Shown: positions 11,271 through 17,206 of the stretch, piece after piece
Position numbering within the stretch: position 1 is the first letter of the stretch
Layout: each line of letters begins with the position of its first letter
NCBI GenBank assembly: GCA_021650915.1
Contig: CP091279.1
Location: 870,001 to 902,000 of the forward strand
Origin: Candidatus Brocadia sp.
GTDB taxonomy: Bacteria; Planctomycetota; Brocadiia; Brocadiales; Brocadiaceae
Direction: 5' to 3'
Length of the DNA stretch: 32,000 nucleotides
Notes under the pieces: model-generated
Database searches by the model: none
Seen by the model: the letters and a program-made list of their open reading frames with translations, nothing else
Told to the model about the DNA's origin: nothing
Position numbers and translations under genes: made by a program

Positions 11271-12154
11271 AGTCTCTTTTTAATCTCCTCAATTCCTTGT
11301 TGTTCTAGCAATACCCGGAATCGATGTTCGGTTTTACTCGAAAGGATCATGTCCACGCAGACATCTAACGCCTTCAGGGTCGCTGATTCTTCCGCCTGGG
11401 GCAAGATATCCACGGCGAATTTCGGATGGCGACCAACTTTTCCTCCAACCATTGTCCGATATGTTTTCTTGCCGGCCTTTATTGATCCGCTCGGGCACAC
11501 CTTGGCACAAAGCCCGCAGTGTACACATTTCTCCTTGTCAATAGACACCTGTCCGTCCTGTATGGTAATGGCATCCTCTCTGCAGGTTTCCACGCATTTC
11601 ATGCACTCAATGCATGCCGATTCAGGGTCTACAAAAACGGGTTCAACTGCATGGACGCCAAAATCCTTGATTTGCGGCATGGAACAGCTGTTCGGGCATC
11701 CTGACACTGCAAGTTTTAAGGTGTGATGAGGAAGGATTTGCCCTTCAATTTTATTCATTAACTTTTCCGTGAATTTCACTTCTTCCAAACGGTTCCGGAT
11801 TTTATCAGCCAGGATCTTGGAATCCGTAATAAGAAAAGGACAATTAACCTCGGCGCCCCGGCAGGGTTTTATCTGATAGAGCACGGGGTTGCCTGCGCTA
11901 TCAAAATATTTAGGATATTTCTTCAAAATGGAGAGTTTTTTATCATCCGCAGGTTTCGTTTTACCAGCTTGCGGCGCCCCGGCAACAGGCTGTGACTTAT
12001 CCATGAACGAATCACGGGCAGCCATGACTTCCGCCTCTGTTACCCGGGTTCTCCCGCGCTCACGGGCAAGGGTTTCAACCTTTTCGCGGACGGTCTTTTG
12101 TACAAAGGGAGGCACTTTTTCCAGCAACGACGATGCGGACTTATCCCACTCCAA
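11267..12154 (-). CDS. Fusion protein: PCP_red-like N-terminal domain, sulfite/nitrite-reductase-type Cys motif and 2x[4Fe-4S] ferredoxin insert
   Basis: The N-terminus EWDKSASSLLEKVPPFVQKTVREKVETLARERGRTRVTEAEVMAARD resembles the PCP_red domain. It is followed by C-x6-C (CRGAEVNC), about 40 aa, SGCPNSC, then CIECMKCVETC and CVHCGLCAKVCP, then MVGGKVGRHP. The probable start is TTG 12154, 7 nt after an AAGGAG Shine-Dalgarno; the ORF track starts at GTG 12160. Confidence 0.65.
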   Translation of the reverse strand: MEWDKSASSLLEKVPPFVQKTVREKVETLARERGRTRVTEAEVMAARDSFMDKSQPVAGAPQAGKTKPADDKKLSILKKYPKYFDSAGNPVLYQIKPCRGAEVNCPFLITDSKILADKIRNRLEEVKFTEKLMNKIEGQILPHHTLKLAVSGCPNSCSMPQIKDFGVHAVEPVFVDPESACIECMKCVETCREDAITIQDGQVSIDKEKCVHCGLCAKVCPSGSIKAGKKTYRTMVGGKVGRHPKFAVDILPQAEESATLKALDVCVDMILSSKTEHRFRVLLEQQGIEEIKKRL

Positions 12155-12235
12155 ACACACGCTCCTTAAAATAAAATTGCCACAATGAGGGATTGCGGCG
12201 AATAGTTTACATCAGCAGAAAACTTATGAAGTGCA

Positions 12236-12264
12236 ATTATATGCTCAAAAAAGAGGATTGTCAA
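12236..12264 (-). promoter_or_regulatory. Sigma70-type promoter for the Fe-S/ahbAB unit
   Basis: The reverse strand reads TTGACA-atcctcttttttgagca-TATAAT, with perfect hexamers and a 17-nt spacer. It lies about 80 nt upstream of the start codon. Confidence 0.6.
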
Positions 12265-12314
12265 TTTCAAATTTTAAGATATTTCTTAACGGGAAGTCAC
12301 GGGCATTTTAGGCC

Positions 12315-12343
12315 TTGACATTTCATCCTGTGTCACTTATATT
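12315..12343 (+). promoter_or_regulatory. Sigma70-type promoter for the coiled-coil/NTase/TPM cluster
   Basis: TTGACA-tttcatcctgtgtcact-TATATT with a 17-nt spacer. It is divergent from the 12236-12264 promoter 50 bp away. A 9-bp-stem hairpin at 12370-12394 lies in the leader. Confidence 0.55.
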
Positions 12344-12454
12344 CTGAATGATAGAGGTCTTTGGGACTCGACAGGAACGTGCGCTCGTTCTGTCATAAGA
12401 GAAGGGCATTTCCTGCCAGAAATGAAATCATGCAATTCGGGGGGGGATTTTTCG

Positions 12455-12721
12455 ATGGATGAAGAACTATTTCAAAAAAATTTGATGGATTTAATTGAAG
12501 AGATCAAACGGTTCCCTGCAGCAAAGAGAGAAAGCATCGAGATGCTTACCGGTGAAATTGATAAAAAATATGAAGACCTGCATACGAGTTTGGCGGTCTT
12601 GCAGGACTCCCTGGACTCGTTGCAACTAAATGTAAGGTATCTGCTTTTTGACCTGGAGGCAACGAAAAAGGAAAATGCCGCTTTAAGAAAAAAGCTGGAA
12701 GAGCAAGGTAATAGTAAATAA
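12455..12721 (+). CDS. Small coiled-coil protein, function unknown
   Basis: 88 aa from ATG 12455, preceded by a GGGGGGA Shine-Dalgarno-like run; the ORF track starts at 12422. It has heptad-rich acidic/basic sequence (LQDSLDSLQLNVRYLLFDLEATKKENAALRKKLEE). Confidence 0.55.
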   Translation: MDEELFQKNLMDLIEEIKRFPAAKRESIEMLTGEIDKKYEDLHTSLAVLQDSLDSLQLNVRYLLFDLEATKKENAALRKKLEEQGNSK

Positions 12722-12809
12722 ACCCGTCAAATCGCTGCTGAAGGCGCCATGTTCTGATGAAAGGAAACGCTTACGCTTTTATCCTGAAGATTTTTATACA
12801 AATCATTAA

Positions 12810-13565
12810 ATGCAAGATTTTACCCTAACCAACCTCTCCGACCAGGTGAAAAAGACCCTGGAGCCATTTCTCCGGGATATCTTCGGCCATTGCAAAGAAG
12901 ATGTTCTTTCACTCTACGTTATTGGCAGCGCGGTAACCAAAGACTTTCATCCAAGACACTCGGATATTAACACGTTGCTTGTTGTGAATCAGGTCAATAT
13001 CCCGCTTTTCGACTATATCGCAATTCTGGGCAAACGTTACGGGAAAAAGAAGATACGCGCCCCCCTGATCATGACCCATGATTACATCATCAGATCGTTA
13101 GAGGTATTTCCTTTGGAATTCCTGGAGATGAAATTGGTCCATCTCCTGGTGTACGGAAGCGATGTCCTGAAGGATATACGAATCGGGAAGGCCGACATCA
13201 GACACCAATGCGAACGGGAATTGAAGGGGAAACTCCAGCATCTTTGTCAGGGCTACATCAGGGCAATGGGGAGCAGGAAGGCATTGACAGACGTGTTTGT
13301 GGGATCGCTCTCAGGATATTTCCCCGTGCTGCGCGGTCTGCTTTTTTTGTATGGCCAGAGGATTCCTCAGGGAAAAAACGAAGTCCTTTCAGCCATGGAG
13401 CAGTGCTTCACTATCGACATGAGCGTATACAGGACATTACTCGGTTTGAGAGTAAATGACACCTGTCCGTCCCTTGACACCCTCCGTGAAATATTTGAAA
13501 AACTGTATCGTATTTTAGATATCGTTATTAAAAAGGTAGATGAATTTGAGATCACGCCTGCTTAG
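12810..13565 (+). CDS. Pol-beta-superfamily nucleotidyltransferase domain protein with a helical C-terminal domain
   Basis: 251 aa. The NTase signature is LYVIGSAVTKDFHPRHSDINTLLVV (G-S...D-x-N; the second carboxylate is Asn). Confidence 0.7.
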   Translation: MQDFTLTNLSDQVKKTLEPFLRDIFGHCKEDVLSLYVIGSAVTKDFHPRHSDINTLLVVNQVNIPLFDYIAILGKRYGKKKIRAPLIMTHDYIIRSLEVFPLEFLEMKLVHLLVYGSDVLKDIRIGKADIRHQCERELKGKLQHLCQGYIRAMGSRKALTDVFVGSLSGYFPVLRGLLFLYGQRIPQGKNEVLSAMEQCFTIDMSVYRTLLGLRVNDTCPSLDTLREIFEKLYRILDIVIKKVDEFEITPA

Positions 13566-14340
13566 ACAAAATGGTTCTTCGTGCTTTGGATTTCTGACCG
13601 TATTGTTCTGTCTCTGTCTCATCGCAGAGGCACAGGAGATGCCGGTTCCGCAGCGGTACGTGGAAGACAGGGCCAACATCATAAGTGATGCCGTTGAGAA
13701 GGGGCTGAATGGATACCTCCAGGAACTGGAACAGAAGACCGGCGCACAGATGATCGTCCTCACCATCGATACTACCGGCGATATTCCTATCGAAACGTAT
13801 GCCATAGAACTTGCCACGAAATGGAAACTGGGTCAACAGGGAAAGGATAACGGGGTTCTCGTTGTTATTGCCAGAAATGACCGTGCTTACCGGATTGAGG
13901 TCGGATACGGGCTTGAAGGAATACTGCCCGACAGTTATTGTGGTACCGTGGGAAGGACCTATTTTGTACCCCATTTTCAAAAAGGACACTTCAGCGAAGG
14001 CATATTTCAGGGCACGGTAATCATGATTTATAAAATTGCGAAAGAAAGCAACGTTGAGATTACGGGTATGCCGAGTATCGCTGAATTGAGAAAAAAGTCA
14101 GCAGGACGCCAAAATCCATACCTCTCATTGTTACTCCTGCTGGTGATACTACCATTCTTTTTAAGCTATCTGTTTAACCGAAGGCGACATTCTTCGTATT
14201 GGTGGGGTGGTCCACCAACCATCTACGGCGGACCGCGGGGTTTTGGTTCCGGAGGTTCAGGTGGATTTGGTGGATTTGGCGGTTTTGGAGGCGGCGGAGG
14301 TGGATCATTTGGCGGTGGAGGAGCGTCGGGGAGATGGTAA
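13540..14340 (+). CDS. TPM domain protein (YgcG-like) with a TM helix and Gly-rich tail
   Basis: 266 aa. It has a signal peptide, a TPM-like core (YVEDRANIIS...LEQKTGAQMIVLTI...GVLVVIARNDRAYRIEVGYGLEG), a TM segment and the tail GGFGGFGGFGGGGGGSFGGGGASGRW. It overlaps the NTase gene by 26 nt. Confidence 0.8.
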   Translation: MNLRSRLLRQNGSSCFGFLTVLFCLCLIAEAQEMPVPQRYVEDRANIISDAVEKGLNGYLQELEQKTGAQMIVLTIDTTGDIPIETYAIELATKWKLGQQGKDNGVLVVIARNDRAYRIEVGYGLEGILPDSYCGTVGRTYFVPHFQKGHFSEGIFQGTVIMIYKIAKESNVEITGMPSIAELRKKSAGRQNPYLSLLLLLVILPFFLSYLFNRRRHSSYWWGGPPTIYGGPRGFGSGGSGGFGGFGGFGGGGGGSFGGGGASGRW

Positions 14341-14397
14341 GAATACCGTACACCAGCGCCTCCTTTTTTATTAGGCCCTCGGCAACCTTCTCAATGT

Positions 14398-14425
14398 AGA
14401 GCGACGAGCCTCGTCGCCCTACAAC
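14398..14425 (+). repeat. 28-bp palindromic module E, copy 1
   Basis: agagcgacgagcctcgtcgccctacaac is identical to 29203-29230. It contains the palindrome gcgacgag/ctcgtcgc. Confidence 0.9.
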
Positions 14426-14561
14426 ATCAAGCAACGAGTCCGAGCTTAACGAAAGAAAAGAATTATACCGTATCGCTACACCGTTTTGTTGTTGAAACGA
14501 TAATGAACCGCACGTGATTTTTCCGATTCTTCCGGATTCGGTAATTAAGAAAGGTACCTTT

Positions 14562-15125
14562 ATGAAAAAGATATTACCGGCAATTGCACTTATCCTTTTT
14601 TTGGGCATCATCTTCGCCGTTTGGTATATTAAGGGCTATAACAGGGTCATTGCGCTGAATGAAAATGTGAAGAATGCCTGGGCGCAGGTGGACACGCAAC
14701 TCAAGAGACGCTATGACCTTATCCCAAACCTTGTGGAAACGGTGAAAGGCTATGCATCGCATGAAAAAGAGATCTTTGAAAATCTTGCTGAGGCCAGAAA
14801 GGGCTATTTCAGCGCCGGAACGATAGAAGACAAGGCCAGATCAGCAACCCAGATAGAGGGTTTTTTGTCGCGACTCTTGATGTTCAGAGAGACATATCCG
14901 GAATTAAAGGCAAACGAATCGTTTCTGAAGATGCAGGACACCTTGGAAGGCTCTGAAAATCGCATTTCCGTGGAACGGAAGCGGTATAATGACGCCGTTC
15001 GCGAGTTGAATACCTACATTAAAGGTTTTTATGGTCGCTTCTTTGCCGCACGCACCGGTGTGACGGAGGGAAAATATTTTGAGGTTACCGAGGCTGAGAA
15101 GGAAGTGCCGAAGGTAAAATTCTGA
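14562..15125 (+). CDS. lemA: LemA family protein
   Basis: The start is ATG 14562, after an AAGAAAGG Shine-Dalgarno. It has an N-terminal TM anchor followed by YNRVIALNENVKNAWAQVDTQLKRRYDLIPNLVETVKGYASHEKE. Confidence 0.88.
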   Translation: MKKILPAIALILFLGIIFAVWYIKGYNRVIALNENVKNAWAQVDTQLKRRYDLIPNLVETVKGYASHEKEIFENLAEARKGYFSAGTIEDKARSATQIEGFLSRLLMFRETYPELKANESFLKMQDTLEGSENRISVERKRYNDAVRELNTYIKGFYGRFFAARTGVTEGKYFEVTEAEKEVPKVKF

Positions 15126-15152
15126 CGAGATGTAATTCGTTGTATCAATTTC

Positions 15153-15362
15153 GTGTCTTGCTACCGGTGCTTTCCTGCAAAAACCCAGATGAGTAAATGT
15201 AAAGACAAAAAATATCCCTGTGAGGACTGTTTTAGCTGCCAGTTCTGCAGTGACGAGCGATGCGCCATGTGTTTGTGCAGTAAGCATAAAACACGACAAC
15301 TCAGCGTGGAAGAACAGATCGCCATGTATGAGGCATTAAACAAGGATACGTTGAGTAAGTAG
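15153..15362 (+). CDS. Small cysteine-rich protein (10 Cys; CxxCxxCxxC core), function unknown
   Basis: MSCYRCFPAKTQMSKCKDKKYPCEDCFSCQFCSDERCAMCLCSKHK..., starting at GTG 15153 or ATG 15189. Neither start has a convincing Shine-Dalgarno. The ordered Cys spacing argues against a random ORF. Confidence 0.45.
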   Translation: MSCYRCFPAKTQMSKCKDKKYPCEDCFSCQFCSDERCAMCLCSKHKTRQLSVEEQIAMYEALNKDTLSK

Positions 15363-15383
15363 GAAAAACAAACGGAAAATGAC

Positions 15384-15470
15384 CGTGGACACGCCGATAT
15401 AAAACAATTACCTTCATCCATTCTACCCGATTATCCATTCCGTATTGTGCGATTCCCGCGTAACTTGTGG
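15384..15470 (-). repeat. Degenerate copy of the long A hairpin module plus flanking B segment
   Basis: cgtggacacgccgatataaaacaattaccttcatccattctaccc-gattatccattccgtattgtgcgattcccgcgta parallels 15571-15650 (ggtggatacggcgatacaagacaatcgccttaatccatcctaccc-gattaccgctctcatattgcgcgatacccacgta). Confidence 0.7.
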
Positions 15471-15482
15471 TAATGTAATAAT

Positions 15483-15615
15483 GTAGGGTGGATTAAGCGG
15501 AGCGTATCCACCAAAATAAAATTGTAAAGGCACAACGGACATAAAGAAAACGGAAGATGAAGAGAAGGATGGTGGATACGGCGATACAAGACAATCGCCT
15601 TAATCCATCCTACCC
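15483..15615 (+). repeat. Composite hairpin element A (short hairpin, spacer, long nested hairpin) with about 15-nt terminal inverted repeats, copy 1
   Basis: gtagggtggattaagcggagcgtatccaccaaaataaa ...spacer... ggtggatacggcgatacaagacaatcgccttaatccatcctaccc. The ends gtagggtggattaag and cttaatcca(t)cctac are inverted. The reverse complement of 29399-29508 has the same two modules in the same order. Confidence 0.85.
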
Positions 15616-15647
15616 GATTACCGCTCTCATATTGCGCGATACCCACG

Positions 15648-15764
15648 TATACTCCACAGGCTCACAATTTGTGATTTATAGTAGTTCAACACGGACAAAC
15701 AGAGTTTGTCCATGCCACCTTATTATCAATTTAAAATTCACATTTTATGAACATCTTGAGTATA
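15648..15764 (+). repeat. 117-bp MITE-like/sRNA-like element C, copy 1
   Basis: The element runs tatactccacagg...cttgagtata. It matches the reverse complement of 24197-24313 at 114/117 positions (my hand alignment). It has 7-bp terminal inverted repeats tatactc/gagtata and a central hairpin ggacaaa-cagag-tttgtcc. Confidence 0.9.
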
Positions 15765-15861
15765 ACATCGTGATAATACAAAGTGGATAAAGCCTGTCCT
15801 GAATTTCTAAGGCCGAAGTGTATCCACCAGAATAAAACTCGTTCTGAAGGAAATACCCGTA

Positions 15862-16119
15862 TCACGCTAACTCCAGGTGATATTCAATCACCTCTTTTCC
15901 CGGTAGAAACCCGTTCAACTGACTCAGACTCAATCTTTCAGCAGCCGCAGCGACGAACCTTGCTTCTGACTGCTCCTGCGAATAAAATTGACCGGCGGCC
16001 AACAATGCCTCTTTGGGTATGAGACCCACGACCGCGCTTCCGGTGACAGATACCCCTAATTCCCCGGCCTGCTTCCTGCCCTCGCTGAAGTTTGGAACGG
16101 ATTCAATACTCTTGTCCAT
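15862..16119 (-). pseudogene. Glutamate formimidoyltransferase (FTCD_N) remnant with a large in-frame internal deletion
   Basis: The 85-aa product MDKSIESVPNFSEGRKQAGELGVSVTGSAVVGLIPKEALL...LSQLNGFLPGKEVIEYHLELA joins the family's extreme N-terminus (VPNFSEGR) directly to its extreme C-terminus (GS.vVGLiP...viEy.L). About 200 residues of a normal ~300-aa enzyme are missing. Confidence 0.6.
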
Positions 16120-16121
16120 GT

Positions 16122-16985
16122 CTAAAGCACCGTAATGATAATGACCCCGGCAATCATGACCATGCTGCCGATGAGCCGCTCCCTGATGTTCGTCTCCCGA
16201 AACCAACAGGCGCCGTATAAGATGCCGAAGAGGAGACTCATGCGTTTCACCGAGATAACGTAGGCAATCTCTGCGCGGTTTACGGCAAGAAAGTGGGTAA
16301 TCGTTGCAAGGGCTATGGCAAAGCCGATCGGGCTAAACAGGGTAATATGAGAAAATACCTGTCTCATCTTACCCTGATTCTTCCAGAGAAGAACAGGAAA
16401 GAAAATTACCGAAAGCAGGGGAAGATACGTTGCAGCAAAGAAGAGTGGACTGGAGTGCACCACGGCCATTTTTCCCAGGTTTGAGGTAACGCTGTAGATA
16501 AAGGCCACGATGATCATATAGAGTGAACCGCGCTCCCGCTGTATGGCCTTAAAGGGCTCCAGGATGCCTTTTCTGGTAGCTCTTACGTTCAGCAAATAAG
16601 CCCCAATAACCGTAAGGATAATACCTCCAATGCCATATTTCCCCAGCCTTTCTCCCAGAATGAAATCTGAGGTAAAGATCATGAAGATCGGGCTTAATGC
16701 AAGGAACGGCAAGGTGATGGACAAAGGTGACAGTTTGATTGCCTTCATATACAAGATGAGGGCAATGATTTCTAACGGCAATAACAGGAGGATTGCAATG
16801 AAATAATGACGATCCAGGCGGGGTATTTCAATGAATGGCAAAAGGATGAGCAAAAAAGGCGTTGCAAATCCTATCCGCACCCACGCAATGAGATACTCGT
16901 TACTTCCAGGAAGCGACTTCTTACAAAGGGCATCAGCCGATGCAGTAAAAAAAGCGCAAGAAAGAGACAGAAGAAACCAATTCAA
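16122..16985 (-). CDS. EamA/DMT-family transporter (10 TM)
   Basis: It is hydrophobic throughout, with a duplicated EamA-like architecture. The ORF-track N-terminus (to 17090) is encoded by repeat element D (MYGQVSNLPLRGMENTAFIGIFQK) and is probably not real. The start is tentatively TTG 16985 (LNWFLLSLSCAFF...); the ATG at 17054 is an alternative. Confidence 0.7.
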   Translation of the reverse strand: MNWFLLSLSCAFFTASADALCKKSLPGSNEYLIAWVRIGFATPFLLILLPFIEIPRLDRHYFIAILLLLPLEIIALILYMKAIKLSPLSITLPFLALSPIFMIFTSDFILGERLGKYGIGGIILTVIGAYLLNVRATRKGILEPFKAIQRERGSLYMIIVAFIYSVTSNLGKMAVVHSSPLFFAATYLPLLSVIFFPVLLWKNQGKMRQVFSHITLFSPIGFAIALATITHFLAVNRAEIAYVISVKRMSLLFGILYGACWFRETNIRERLIGSMVMIAGVIIITVL

Positions 16986-17004
16986 GCCGGATTCATGAAA
17001 TAAA

Positions 17005-17140
17005 AGGTAAGATTTAGTTTTTTGGAAAATCCCAATAAAGGCGGTATTTTCCATACCGCGCAGGGGCAGATTTGAAACCTGCCCATACAAGACAATAGTA
17101 TTCGTAGAGAGAATTTTTCAAAAAGCTAAATTGTTATAGC
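17005..17140 (+). repeat. Element D copy 1 (85-bp core 17012-17096 plus inverted terminal segment)
   Basis: The core matches 21050-21134 at 74/85 positions (hand alignment). It contains the hairpin gggcag-atttgaaac-ctgccc. The reverse complement of 17111-17140 (gctataacaatttagctttttgaaaaattc) matches the left end of the element (taacaatttagttttttgaaaaatcc in copy 2), which gives a MITE-like TIR architecture. Confidence 0.8.
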
Positions 17141-17206
17141 AAAAAATAACACCGTTTCTAAAGCAACCACAGATTTCACCGACTGCACAGATACAAGTAA
17201 AAAAAG

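Noticed and set aside
14287-14370. Rho-independent terminator after the TPM gene (cgcctcc followed by tttttt)
   Set aside because: The only complementary partner (ggaggcg at 14287-14293, or ggagg at 14317-14321) leaves a loop of about 35-63 nt, so there is no compact GC stem.
15384-15832. Possible CRISPR array, because of repeated ggtggat...atccacc hairpins (also at 29280-29508)
   Set aside because: The copies are in mixed orientation, of different lengths, irregularly spaced and not identical. There are no cas genes and no unique spacers of uniform length.
15431-16022. Three ORFs of 71-79 aa (15431-15646 minus, 15557-15790 plus, 15783-16022 plus)
   Set aside because: They are translations of the A, B and C repeat modules (e.g. 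..VGWIKAIVLYRRIHHP..). They have no Shine-Dalgarno, and the same peptides would arise wherever the repeats occur.
17060-17085. tRNA-like T-arm (gcagg-tttcaaa-cctgc) inside element D as evidence for a tRNA or tRNA-derived SINE
   Set aside because: The loop does not match the TTCGAAT/TTCAAAT T-loop. No acceptor, D or anticodon arms can be drawn around it.
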